The notes: generated by a model from the letters alone, not told the origin. 39,875 bases of DNA from Candidatus Omnitrophota bacterium (GCA_023247575.1 JAHFGE010000004.1:1-39875), one strand, 5' to 3'; shown: positions 9,633 through 18,667, counted from the first letter of the stretch. Numbers and translations: made by a program.

Positions 9633-10778
9633 TTATAAACCCTTCATGCAATGTAATAAAAAATCCAAATCCTCCTGAGTATGCGTGGCCATGACGGTGA
9701 CTCGTAGCCTAGCCGTATGCATAGGCACCGTTGGCGGGCGTATGGCCTGCACAAAAATTCCCCGCTCCAGCAATTGTTTGGATATGGCCAAAGCTTTAGA
9801 TGAATCTTTGACCACCACCGGAATAATGGGAGTCGTTGATTGCAAGGTATCGAAACCTAAATTTTTTATTCCTCGACGAAGATGCTGCGCATTGCTTAAA
9901 ACCTTGCGCCGGCGCTCCTTATCCTGCTGGATAATATCCACCGCCTCACAAGCAGCCGCTGCCAATGCCGACGGCATGGCTGTCGTATAGATAAAACTGC
10001 GAGCATGGTTGATGAGATAGTCACAGAGATTCTTTGAACCAGCCACATAAGCCCCAAAACATCCGGCCGCTTTAGAGAGAGTGCCCATTTGAATATCAAT
10101 CTGATTCTGTAAACCCTCCTGTTCTGCCAGGCCGGCGCCATGCTCGCCGAAGATACCAAACGCATGCGCTTCATCGACCATCACCAGGGCTTCATAGCGG
10201 TGGGCTAAATCCGCAATTTCCTTCAATCGTGCTGTGTCCCCATCCATACTAAAAACAGTATCAGTAACAATCAAACGTTTCTTGAAAGTGGCGGAATCTC
10301 GAAGTCCTTGCTCCAAGGCTTGCATATCATGATGAGCGTAGCGTTTTAATTGAGCCCGGCTTAAAAGAATCCCGTCGATAATAGAAGCATGATTTAAGCG
10401 GTCGCTGAAAATAACGTCATCTTTGCCAAATAAAGCGGAAATAATCCCCGTATTAGCCATGTATCCGCTGGAAAAGACCAGGGCGTTTTTTGTTTTTTTC
10501 AACCGAGCTATCTTTTCTTCCAATTTTAAATGCTCGGTCATGGTGCCGCAAACAAGCCTGGAGGATCCTGATCCGAAACCATATTGGGTTATGGCTTTGA
10601 CAGCGGCCGCTTTGATACGTTCATCGTCGGCCAAGCCTAAATAATTGTTGGAACAGAAATTTAAAACCCGTTTCCCATCGAGGATAATTTCCCTAGATTG
10701 AAAGCTTTCTACCTTGCGCAAGAAACGGCGCAGTGATTTGGATTCCAGCTCTTGAAGATCTTGTTCTAAAAAGTTCAT
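9633..10778 (-). CDS. bioF: 8-amino-7-oxononanoate synthase
   Basis: 381 aa class-II PLP enzyme. DEAHAFG and the TLSKA lysine motif. Confidence 0.9.
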   Translation of the reverse strand: MNFLEQDLQELESKSLRRFLRKVESFQSREIILDGKRVLNFCSNNYLGLADDERIKAAAVKAITQYGFGSGSSRLVCGTMTEHLKLEEKIARLKKTKNALVFSSGYMANTGIISALFGKDDVIFSDRLNHASIIDGILLSRAQLKRYAHHDMQALEQGLRDSATFKKRLIVTDTVFSMDGDTARLKEIADLAHRYEALVMVDEAHAFGIFGEHGAGLAEQEGLQNQIDIQMGTLSKAAGCFGAYVAGSKNLCDYLINHARSFIYTTAMPSALAAAACEAVDIIQQDKERRRKVLSNAQHLRRGIKNLGFDTLQSTTPIIPVVVKDSSKALAISKQLLERGIFVQAIRPPTVPMHTARLRVTVMATHTQEDLDFLLHCMKGL

Positions 10779-11740
10779 GATTTATCTCGTAATGTCATGA
10801 CATCGCCAGCCATTTTCTTGACGATGACGCCGCTGGCCTGACGGATTAAAAGTCCCCCGTCATGATCAATGTCCAGGGCCTGGCCTTGTGCATCACCAGT
10901 AGCATCGTGAATGCGAACATGTTTTTTGATGGTGGCGGAATGCTGTCTGCAATAGTCTAAAACCGAATCAAACTGGCCTTTGAGAACTTTGCCGTACCAT
11001 ATTTCCATCGATCTTAAGAAGGCTTGAAAAACTTCGATGCGGTTAATGGTTTTTTTCGTTTCTATTTTCAAAGACGTAGCTGTATCCAAAAGCTGATGGC
11101 TGTTTGTATTCACATTTAAACCTACCCCTATCACGACAAACTTCACCTGGTCTACTTCGGCCCTCAATTCTGTGAGAATACCAGCCACCTTCCTGGAATG
11201 AATTAAAAGATCATTTGGCCATTTAATGACCGACTGTAGGGATGTGGTTTGGCGCATGGCTTCGGCCAAAGCCACAGCTGTCATCAAAGTCAAGGGAGGC
11301 ATTTGAGTGGGCAGCAACTTGGGCCGCAGGATCAACGAACAATAAATACCCTTGCCCCTAGGCGATAGCCAGCTGCGTCCCAGACGACCACGGCCTTTGG
11401 TTTGCCCTTCCGCACAAATGACGGTGCCTTCCGGTGCTCCTTCCATACCTAAACGAAACGCTTCATCCATCGTCGAGGCCAGTGAATCAAAGGAGTATAC
11501 CTTCTGCCCCATAAACTTGGTGGATAAACCGAATTGAATTTCGTGGGCCAGCATTTTGTCAGGGAGCGATTGCAATTTATAACCCAAATGGGGCACCGCC
11601 AGAATGTCATAACCGTCCTGGCGCAACTGATCAATATACTTCCACACAGCGGCGCGGCTGATATGAAGATCATCGCTCATCTCCTCACCGGAAACGTATC
11701 CATCAGCCTGTTTTAAAAATTGGATGATGCGCCCCTGCAT
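10775..11740 (-). CDS. birA: Bifunctional biotin-protein ligase / bio operon repressor
   Basis: N-terminal winged-HTH (GEEMSDDLHISRAAVWKYIDQLR) plus ligase core GQTKGRGRLGRSW. Confidence 0.92.
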   Translation of the reverse strand: MQGRIIQFLKQADGYVSGEEMSDDLHISRAAVWKYIDQLRQDGYDILAVPHLGYKLQSLPDKMLAHEIQFGLSTKFMGQKVYSFDSLASTMDEAFRLGMEGAPEGTVICAEGQTKGRGRLGRSWLSPRGKGIYCSLILRPKLLPTQMPPLTLMTAVALAEAMRQTTSLQSVIKWPNDLLIHSRKVAGILTELRAEVDQVKFVVIGVGLNVNTNSHQLLDTATSLKIETKKTINRIEVFQAFLRSMEIWYGKVLKGQFDSVLDYCRQHSATIKKHVRIHDATGDAQGQALDIDHDGGLLIRQASGVIVKKMAGDVMTLRDKS

Positions 11741-11743
11741 AAG

Positions 11744-13003
11744 TTATTTGACCCCTCTGGAATTTTTTTCGTCAGGGGTCACCCTGCCTCGCACCGAGTG
11801 CTTTGCTAGAGGTGCTCGGCACGAGGTGAGTGAGCCCGAAGGGCGAATCAAATGGTCTCTGCTAGTCTGAATTTGAGGAATCTTCAGTTTCAACTGTTGC
11901 AAGAAATACTCAATATCTTTAGATGTGGTCCATCGGCCTAAGCTGACGCGTAAACTACCCAAAGCTCTTGTATCGGACAATCCAATGGCTTTCAGGACAT
12001 GGGAAGGAGTCAAACTCCCCGACGTGCAGGCCGACCCTTGAGAGACAGCGATACCGGCCATATCCAAAGCTGCTACCAATTCTTCCCCCTTAACATTCTC
12101 AAAAGAAAAATGGATATTGTTGGGTAAACGCTGCTGCCGATGGCCATTGAGTAGGGCTCCATCAATATACTCCAGTACCTCGTGGGTGATACGATCACGT
12201 AACCGGGATTGTTCCCAGCCTTCCTGAATCATAGACTGCTGGCATAATTCCAGGGCCTTGGCTAATCCAACGATAGCTGGCAGGTTTTGCGTTGCTGCCC
12301 GATGACCACGCTCCTGGTCACCACCTAAAAGTAAAGGATCAAGGGCAATTCCCTCTCGCACGTAAAGGGCCCCTGCTCCCAATGGACCGTAAAATTTATG
12401 GGCCGACAAAGACAAAAAATCACAACACATCTGGCCGACATTGACCGGCACATGTCCAACCGTTTGCGCGGCATCTACTAAAAAGTATACGCCTTTGGCA
12501 CGGGCAATGGAACCAATTTGCTCTACGGGTTCAATGACACCAATTTCATTGTTGGCATGATGGACGGCAATCAAGATGGTGTCCAGCCTGATTAAACTTT
12601 CGACCAGCGTTGGATCAATGAGACCGTCGGGGGAAGGCCGAATGAAGCTGACTTCAAATCCTTGGGTACGCAGACGATCAACCGGTTTCAGCACACTGGA
12701 ATGTTCCATCGCAGAGACGATCAGATGGTTGCCTTTATTCTTTAAAGAATGGGCGGTAGAAAAAATAGCGTGATTATTGGACTCCGTGGCGCTAGAAGTA
12801 AAGATAATCTCCGTCGGTTTGGCTCCTAAAAAGGTAGCCACCAGGCTACGGCTGTCTTCAACAGCCTTGCGAGCCCTTTGCCCAATGCTGTGGGGGCTTG
12901 CCGCATTGCCGAAACGTTGCCAAAAGTAAGGTTGCATGGTCTCCAGCACCCGTGGATCGGTAGGTGTACTTGCCGCATAGTCAAGATAAACGGAATTCTT
13001 CAT
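11744..13003 (-). CDS. Cysteine desulfurase (NifS/IscS family) with an atypical ~45-aa C-terminal tail
   Basis: YLDYAASTP N-terminus, PLP lysine SLSAHKFYGP and catalytic loop SQGSACTSG. The tail (11744-11880) is encoded by hairpin-rich sequence. Confidence 0.88.
   Translation of the reverse strand: MKNSVYLDYAASTPTDPRVLETMQPYFWQRFGNAASPHSIGQRARKAVEDSRSLVATFLGAKPTEIIFTSSATESNNHAIFSTAHSLKNKGNHLIVSAMEHSSVLKPVDRLRTQGFEVSFIRPSPDGLIDPTLVESLIRLDTILIAVHHANNEIGVIEPVEQIGSIARAKGVYFLVDAAQTVGHVPVNVGQMCCDFLSLSAHKFYGPLGAGALYVREGIALDPLLLGGDQERGHRAATQNLPAIVGLAKALELCQQSMIQEGWEQSRLRDRITHEVLEYIDGALLNGHRQQRLPNNIHFSFENVKGEELVAALDMAGIAVSQGSACTSGSLTPSHVLKAIGLSDTRALGSLRVSLGRWTTSKDIEYFLQQLKLKIPQIQTSRDHLIRPSGSLTSCRAPLAKHSVRGRVTPDEKNSRGVK
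11750..11844 (-). other. Three consecutive stem-loops at the cysteine desulfurase 3' end, just upstream of birA
   Basis: gacccct/aggggtc (11750-11780). 12-bp stem 11787-11798/11815-11826, whose two + strand mismatches become G-U pairs on the minus-strand RNA. gcccgaagggc (11834-11844), which on the minus-strand RNA is a 3-bp gcc/ggc stem with a CUUCG loop. Confidence 0.5.
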
Positions 13004-13012
13004 AGGACGATT

Positions 13013-13041
13013 ATGATAAATTTTTAAGGAAGGATTGTCAA
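13013..13041 (-). promoter_or_regulatory. Sigma-70-type promoter TTGACA-N17-TATCAT for the desulfurase-birA-bio operon
   Basis: On the minus strand the -35 is at 13041-13036 and the -10 at 13018-13013. The -10 ends only 9 nt before the ATG at 13003 and no SD is present, so the mRNA may be leaderless. Confidence 0.5.
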
Positions 13042-13066
13042 CCGGAATACTTGAAGAGGGTTTACA
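13036..13066. promoter_or_regulatory. BirA operator (bioO): TGTCAACC-N15-GGTTTACA
   Basis: Inverted repeat with one mismatch. It matches the published BirA signal TGTAAACC-N14-16-GGTTTACA and overlaps the -35 hexamer. It sits in front of an operon that includes birA and bioFHCDA. Confidence 0.65.
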
Positions 13067-13120
13067 TTAATAACTGCAAAGATTAATTTGTATTCCCCCA
13101 AGACATGATAAAATTCTTTC

Positions 13121-15046
13121 ATGAACCTGCATCTTATTTTGGGTTATCCTTTATTTGCTCTTGCAGTTTTAGATACCTTTCTGGCCTTTCTCCTTCTAAA
13201 AAATAATCCCCAAAATAAAAATATTAACAAGGCTGTCGCCATAGTGTGTTTTACTATGGCCGCCTACGCTGTCTTCGTTGGTATTATCTATATCCAAGAA
13301 TGGTTGGGGCTTAATTTCGACCTTTTTTACAAGGCTTGTTGGATAGGCTGGATTGCTATTCCTCCTGCTGCTCAATGCGCTTATTATATTAAAGATGACA
13401 AAAGCCATAAGGCATTTGTTATCGGACTCATTCTATATACGTTTTGGCTTATCGTTTATCTTCTTTGTTTTACGACCAATTGGGTGGAAACCGGTGTCAA
13501 CTCATTGATTCCTTTTATCCCACGATATGGGATTTTTGAAAGGCCCATTCGTCTGATAGGAGCTGCAATAATAGTATGGATTTTTTATAAACTTTTCCGA
13601 ACTGGAAAAGAAGTCACTGGAATCAAAAAGATACAGATTAACTATCTTACTCTTGGTCTAACGATATATGGCATAGGTGGTTTCTTACCGTCGGGAATTC
13701 TACAATTATTACCATCAGGAATTCTGCAATTATTTGGAGGGTTCGGGTTTGAGCCAGGCCTAACGGTCTACTATAGCCTCCCCTTTACATTACTCACCTA
13801 TTACGCCATCACCCGTTACCGGTTGTTTGACATTCAAATTATTATTTCCAATTCATTAACCATCCTCATTTTAACCGTTGTCTTGGGAAGCATTAATATC
13901 GCCTTATTCAAACTGCTTGAACCTCCTCTTGGCTCCACATGGGCCATTTTGATCTCCCTGGTTGTTATCATTACGATCTTTCTAAGGACACCCTTACGGC
14001 GGACGGTCCAGGGTGGGATTAACGATATCTTCTTAGGGGATAAATATAATTACCAGTCCATGTTGCGGGAATCTACTCAGGCCATTGTCGCCATCCTTGA
14101 CCAGGATGAATTACTCAATTATTTAGTCCATACCATCCAGCAAGGTTTTAAAATCCATAAAGCCTGTTTATTTTTAAAACATGCGGAAGGCCCTTACTGT
14201 GTTCGTTATCATTGGGGAATGGATAAAACCCCTGTTAATCTCCAATTATCTGAAGACGATATTATTGAATGGTTAAAAAAGACTAAACAGATTTTCATCA
14301 AAGAAGAACAACAGGGCTTACTTTCACAGGAACAATTCCGCCGGCTTTACGGTAAACTTGATGCTATAGAAGCTCATTTAATCCTGCCGCTATTTTTTAA
14401 AGATAACCTCATTGGATTTTTTACCTTCGGCCCTAAAGGTGACGACCATCCTTATGTCCAAAGCGATATCGATATCTTGCAGACTTTGGGGGGACAAGCC
14501 GCCATCGCTATTGAAAATGCCCGTCTTTACAGTGAGGCCATCACGGACAGTCTCACCGGCTTATACCATCACAAATATTTTATGATGCGGCTTCAAGAGG
14601 AAATGGAACGCGCCAAACGTTATCAACGAGGTTTAAGTTTACTGATGCTTGATATCGACCATTTCAAGAGCATTAACGATGTGTGTGGCCATCTGGCAGG
14701 AGATAAGGTGCTCGTGGGGCTTGCTAATCTCATCAAAAAAAACGGCCGCGGTGTAGATGTTGTGGCCAGATACGGTGGCGAAGAATTCGCCGTCATCTTG
14801 CCGGATACTAACCAGGAAGGTGCTTTGACTATGGCCAAGAGGTTAAGAGAACGGGCTGAGAGCACTGCCTTTGATGGCAATCTTAAAATTACCGTCAGTA
14901 TCGGTGTAGCTTCTTTAGAGCCTCCTCTTAAAAAAATAGAGCCAGAAGATTTGGTGGCCGCTGCCGACAAAGCTCTCTATCAAGCCAAAAAGAATGGAAG
15001 AAACCGGATTGAGACGGCCGAAAGTGCCGAGGGTGGGAGTTGCTAG
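13121..15046 (+). CDS. Membrane-anchored GAF-GGDEF diguanylate cyclase
   Basis: About 290 aa of multi-TM N-terminus and a GAF-like middle. The GGDEF domain has an intact RYGGEEF active site and an RGVD I-site 5 residues upstream. Confidence 0.88.
   Translation: MNLHLILGYPLFALAVLDTFLAFLLLKNNPQNKNINKAVAIVCFTMAAYAVFVGIIYIQEWLGLNFDLFYKACWIGWIAIPPAAQCAYYIKDDKSHKAFVIGLILYTFWLIVYLLCFTTNWVETGVNSLIPFIPRYGIFERPIRLIGAAIIVWIFYKLFRTGKEVTGIKKIQINYLTLGLTIYGIGGFLPSGILQLLPSGILQLFGGFGFEPGLTVYYSLPFTLLTYYAITRYRLFDIQIIISNSLTILILTVVLGSINIALFKLLEPPLGSTWAILISLVVIITIFLRTPLRRTVQGGINDIFLGDKYNYQSMLRESTQAIVAILDQDELLNYLVHTIQQGFKIHKACLFLKHAEGPYCVRYHWGMDKTPVNLQLSEDDIIEWLKKTKQIFIKEEQQGLLSQEQFRRLYGKLDAIEAHLILPLFFKDNLIGFFTFGPKGDDHPYVQSDIDILQTLGGQAAIAIENARLYSEAITDSLTGLYHHKYFMMRLQEEMERAKRYQRGLSLLMLDIDHFKSINDVCGHLAGDKVLVGLANLIKKNGRGVDVVARYGGEEFAVILPDTNQEGALTMAKRLRERAESTAFDGNLKITVSIGVASLEPPLKKIEPEDLVAAADKALYQAKKNGRNRIETAESAEGGSC
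13685..13732 (+). repeat. Imperfect 24-bp tandem duplication inside the cyclase TM region (LPSGILQL x2)
   Basis: ttaccgtcgggaattctacaatta / ttaccatcaggaattctgcaatta, read directly. Confidence 0.85.
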
Positions 15047-15061
15047 TCCCGAAGTAAAAAA

Positions 15062-15145
15062 TGCTGGGAGAGGGAATCGAACCCTCACCAGGTTGCCCTG
15101 ACTGGTTTTTGAGACCAGCGCGTATACCAGTTCCGCCATCCCAGC
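15062..15145 (-). tRNA. tRNA-Leu (anticodon CAA), type II with long variable arm
   Basis: Manual cloverleaf. Acceptor GCTGGGA/TCCCAGC, anticodon stem CTGGT/ACCAG with loop CTCAAAA, variable stem CAGG/CCTG, T-arm GAGGG-TTCGATT-CCCTC. CCA is not encoded. Confidence 0.9.
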
Positions 15146-15148
15146 AAC

Positions 15149-15226
15149 TGGTGGAGCTGAGGGGGATTGAACCCCTGACCTCTTCAATGCCATTGAAGCG
15201 CTCTCCCAAAACTGAGCTACAGCCCC
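15149..15226 (-). tRNA. tRNA-Ala (anticodon GGC), CCA encoded
   Basis: Acceptor GGGGCTG/CAGCTCC with the G3:U70 Ala identity pair, anticodon loop ATGGCAT, T-loop TTCAATC, 3' ACCA. Confidence 0.9.
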
Positions 15227-15254
15227 AAACTACAATAAATCTTTTCCAGATAAG

Positions 15255-15280
15255 TTTGGGTGCTTGTCCTGAGCCTGTCG
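15255..15280. repeat. Hairpin element tgtcc-tgagcctgtcgaa-ggaca in the tRNA leader
   Basis: Read directly. It translates as PEPVEGQ in a spurious + strand track ORF. Confidence 0.5.
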
Positions 15281-15307
15281 AAGGACAGCCCCAAATTTAA
15301 GAACGCC

Positions 15308-15336
15308 AATATACCAAACTTTGTCAAAAATTTCAA
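15308..15336 (-). promoter_or_regulatory. Candidate promoter TTGAAA-N17-TATATT for the tRNA-Ala/tRNA-Leu unit
   Basis: The reverse complement of 15301-15340 reads taggTTGAAAtttttgacaaagtttggTATATTggcg, about 75 nt upstream of the tRNA-Ala 5' end. Confidence 0.45.
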
Positions 15337-15380
15337 CCTATGATGTAATAGTTCTTCCTCCCAATCGCAATAACAGTTTT

Positions 15381-16418
15381 CTAATTCTTCTGCAAATGTG
15401 CATGACGCAATTGCCCGCAGGCGGCGCTTACGTCTTTGCCACGGGGTGTACGGATAGTGGCGTGAATACCCGCTTCTTCCAAACGATTTCTAAAGTTTAG
15501 CATTTCTTCCCGTGGAGGGGTTTTATAATCAAATTCTGAGACGGGATTATACGGGATAAGGTTCATCTTGCAGATAATCCCTTTGAACGCTTTTTTTAAG
15601 CTCTGGACGGCATTTTTGGTACAGGTTACGTCTTTGATGAGGATATATTCAAACGTGATTTGACGTTTTGTTAATCGAACATATTCTCTGCACGTTGTAA
15701 TTAACTCATCAAATGGATATTTCTTATTCACTGGCATTAATACATTCCTCGATGGATTATCATACCCGTGCAAGGAAACAGCCAATTCGACCTGCAAACC
15801 CTGTTGGGCCAATTCTTTTATTTTAGGTACGACTCCAACGGTGGAAATCGTCATGTGCCTGGCCCCTATGTTGATACCTTGATCTGAATTGATAATGCGG
15901 ATTGCTTTCATCAAATTAGAAAAGTTGTCAAGAGGCTCCCCGATACCCATAAAAACAATATTAGATAATGGTCGTTGATGCTTTAAAGCTTCTTTTTTGA
16001 TATGCAAGACCTGAGTCACAATCTCGGCACAGGTTAAATGACGTGACCACCCACCAATACCGCTGGCGCAAAATCTACAGCCGAATTTACAGCCTACCTG
16101 GGTGGAAATACAGGCTGTGGTGCGGTTTTGAGTTGGAATAATCACCGACTCTACTTTTTCACGATCACTTAAATCAAAAAGGAACTTTATTGTACCGTCA
16201 CTAGATTGGGCTCTATCCACCACCGTCGGTTGAAAAAATTCAAAATGCTCAGCCAGCCTGAAGCGTAAATCTTTAGAAAGGTCAGTCATATCCTCAAAAG
16301 AGTAAGCGTCTTTCTTATAAATCCATTCGAAGATCTGCTGGGCCCGAAACCCGGGCTCTCCTATGGATTTTAAATAACTTTGCAATTGGTCAAAGGAATA
16401 GTTATGAATATCTTGCAT
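15381..16418 (-). CDS. rlmN: 23S rRNA/tRNA (adenine-C2)-methyltransferase RlmN
   Basis: Radical-SAM CKFGCRFCASG, conserved GMGEP-like MGIGEPLDN and the C-terminal Cys region DVSAACGQL. Confidence 0.9.
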   Translation of the reverse strand: MQDIHNYSFDQLQSYLKSIGEPGFRAQQIFEWIYKKDAYSFEDMTDLSKDLRFRLAEHFEFFQPTVVDRAQSSDGTIKFLFDLSDREKVESVIIPTQNRTTACISTQVGCKFGCRFCASGIGGWSRHLTCAEIVTQVLHIKKEALKHQRPLSNIVFMGIGEPLDNFSNLMKAIRIINSDQGINIGARHMTISTVGVVPKIKELAQQGLQVELAVSLHGYDNPSRNVLMPVNKKYPFDELITTCREYVRLTKRQITFEYILIKDVTCTKNAVQSLKKAFKGIICKMNLIPYNPVSEFDYKTPPREEMLNFRNRLEEAGIHATIRTPRGKDVSAACGQLRHAHLQKN

Positions 16419-16420
16419 AC

Positions 16421-17374
16421 TTATTTCTCGACAAATTTACCGATGTTGCGGTATTTTTTGTAGCGGGCTTGCAGCAGATCAGCTTCGGAAAGGCTAGAAA
16501 AATTTTTAAGTTGCTTTAATAGCGCAGACTTTAAATTAGCCGCCGTCTCTTCAGGATTTCGATGCGCTCCTCCCAACGGTTCACGAACGATTTCATCAAC
16601 AATAGCGAATTTAATTAAATCTTCCCCGTACATTTTGAGGGCTTTGGCAGCCTCTGGAGCTTTGAGCGAACTGCGCCAAAGAATGGAAGCACAACCTTCC
16701 GGTGAAATGACCGAATAGTAGGCATGCTCCAGGATCATCACATAGTCTGCCACACCGATGCCCAGCGCGCCGCCGCTGCCTCCCTCACCGATAATGGCGG
16801 CAATAATAGGAGTTTTCAGAGAAGCCATGTCGCGTAAATTCTCGGCGATCGCCTGCGCCTGGCCGCGCTCTTCGGCCCCAATGCCGGGATAGGCACCAGG
16901 AGTATCAATCAAACAAATGACAGGAGTATGAAACTTTTCTGCCAGTCTCATTAAACGCATCGCTTTACGGTAACCTTCCGGATGGGCGCAGCCAAAGTTG
17001 TGCTGCACATTCTCCTTGGTGTCCCTTCCCTTTTGATGACCAATGATCATCACTTTCCTGCCATCCATCTTAGCAAACCCGCCCACCACAGCAAAATCGT
17101 CGGCAAATAAACGATCCCCATGCAATTCCAAAAACTCATCCGTCATCAATTTAATATAATCAAGTGTATAGGGACGTCGGGGATGGCGGGCAATCTGCAC
17201 CCTCTGCCAGGCCGTCAAATGAGTGTAGATATCCTGCTTTAATTGCTCCAACTTGGTCTGTAGGCGTCCGATCTCTGCCGCCGAAGTTACGCGTTTAGAA
17301 CCCCCCTGGCGCAACTCATTGATCTTTACTTCCAGCTCAACAATTGGTTTTTCGAAGTCTAATTTGGACATCAT
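16421..17374 (-). CDS. accA: Acetyl-CoA carboxylase carboxyltransferase alpha subunit
   Basis: 317 aa with ARHPRRPYTLDYI, DTPGAYPG and GEGGSGGALG. Confidence 0.92.
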   Translation of the reverse strand: MMSKLDFEKPIVELEVKINELRQGGSKRVTSAAEIGRLQTKLEQLKQDIYTHLTAWQRVQIARHPRRPYTLDYIKLMTDEFLELHGDRLFADDFAVVGGFAKMDGRKVMIIGHQKGRDTKENVQHNFGCAHPEGYRKAMRLMRLAEKFHTPVICLIDTPGAYPGIGAEERGQAQAIAENLRDMASLKTPIIAAIIGEGGSGGALGIGVADYVMILEHAYYSVISPEGCASILWRSSLKAPEAAKALKMYGEDLIKFAIVDEIVREPLGGAHRNPEETAANLKSALLKQLKNFSSLSEADLLQARYKKYRNIGKFVEK

Positions 17375-17377
17375 TGA

Positions 17378-18202
17378 TTAATTTTGTATAACGACCTGTG
17401 TCCCGACGGGTAAAAAATCAAAGAGTTCTTCCACATTGGGATTCGTTAAGCGTACACAGCCAGCGGTGTCATACCCGCCAATGGCTTCAGGATGAAGGGT
17501 CCCGTGAATCCCATAATGAGGGTCCTCCTCAAAACCCATCCAACGGGAGCCCAATTCATTCTCCGGGCTTTCCGGTGGAATAGGTGCGCTTCCAGCCTTA
17601 TACCATACGGGGTTGACAATTTTAGTGGCGATTCTAAACATTCCAGCCGGGGTAGAATTATCTTTTCCCGTCGCTACTCGATAAGTTTTAATGACTTCTT
17701 CACCGGATTTGAGAATCAGGATATTTTGCGACTTATTGACCGCCGCTGAAAAAGGAGCATTCCAAATACGAAGTTTCTGCCCCACCCGGATCACGTCACT
17801 TTTTAAACCATTGCTTTTTTGAATAAGCTCTTTGGTCGTATGATATTGTTTGGCCAACTTACCTAGCGAATCTCCTGGTTGTACTTGATACATAACAGTC
17901 TGGGGAGTCTGCTTCGTCGAAAAAATGATCTTTATATTTAAATCGCCCAGCTTATTTTGGATCTCTTCAACTTTCTCATAGTCAGGATGCTCAGAAATAA
18001 TCTGCTGGTAGGCTCTCTTGGCCTTTAACTGTTCTCCCTGAGCCTCATCTTGAGCGGCCTCTTCCAATAATTTTTGTACCGGTAAAGAGCTGGCTGCTGA
18101 AGACAAATCTTTTTTACTAGAGACAAGGTAATGCCTTACCCCTACACCGACGATAGCGATCACAATGATCGCCACTAAAGTCACTATCCAACCTTTTTTC
18201 AT
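17378..18202 (-). CDS. LysM domain / L,D-transpeptidase (YkuD) protein, membrane-anchored
   Basis: N-terminal TM, LysM (GDSLGKLAKQY...VGQKLRI) and a YkuD catalytic HGT...GCVRL. Confidence 0.85.
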   Translation of the reverse strand: MKKGWIVTLVAIIVIAIVGVGVRHYLVSSKKDLSSAASSLPVQKLLEEAAQDEAQGEQLKAKRAYQQIISEHPDYEKVEEIQNKLGDLNIKIIFSTKQTPQTVMYQVQPGDSLGKLAKQYHTTKELIQKSNGLKSDVIRVGQKLRIWNAPFSAAVNKSQNILILKSGEEVIKTYRVATGKDNSTPAGMFRIATKIVNPVWYKAGSAPIPPESPENELGSRWMGFEEDPHYGIHGTLHPEAIGGYDTAGCVRLTNPNVEELFDFLPVGTQVVIQN

Positions 18203-18211
18203 AATGTCCCC

Positions 18212-18667
18212 TCAATATAAAATTAATGTCCAAAAGAGGCCGAATACAAATCCCGCTAAAACCTGAATAGGGGTATGCCCTATCAGTTCCTTGAGCCGTT
18301 GCTCTTCGATTTGCCCTTTCCAATAAAGATCCTCCATCATTTTATTGAGAAGCGTGGCTTGCTGGCCAGTGGCCCGACGCACACCTTGAGCGTCAAACAT
18401 GGTCACCATGGCAAAGGTAGCTGCAATCGCAAAAAGCACTGAATCAAAGCCTTCTTGCAGGCCAACAGTTGTGGCCAAGGCGGTCACCCCCGCCGCATGG
18501 CTAGAAGGCATGCCGCCTGTTCCAATAAACCAGCGGAAGTTAAACCGTTTCTCTTGAAAAAAACCTACAATGACTTTAGCCGTTTGGGCCAAAGCCCACA
18601 CCGTCAAAGTAATTAAAAAAATCCTATTATGCCAGAATTCAGGCAAGAAGAAATGTTTGGGGTGCAT
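18212..18667 (-). CDS. Divergent PAP2 / DUF212 membrane protein
   Basis: 151 aa with the GGMPSSHAA motif characteristic of the acid phosphatase/vanadium haloperoxidase-related family. Confidence 0.75.
   Translation of the reverse strand: MHPKHFFLPEFWHNRIFLITLTVWALAQTAKVIVGFFQEKRFNFRWFIGTGGMPSSHAAGVTALATTVGLQEGFDSVLFAIAATFAMVTMFDAQGVRRATGQQATLLNKMMEDLYWKGQIEEQRLKELIGHTPIQVLAGFVFGLFWTLILY

Noticed and set aside
9685-12773. Antisense or out-of-frame ORFs within bioF, birA and the desulfurase (for example 9685-9990, 9896-10174, 11449-11673, 12576-12773)
   Set aside because: They are embedded in strongly identified genes, have no motifs, and are typical shadow frames.
14915-15300. Track ORFs 14915-15193, 14928-15209 and 15061-15300
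   Set aside because: They are translations of the two tRNA genes and the leader hairpin.
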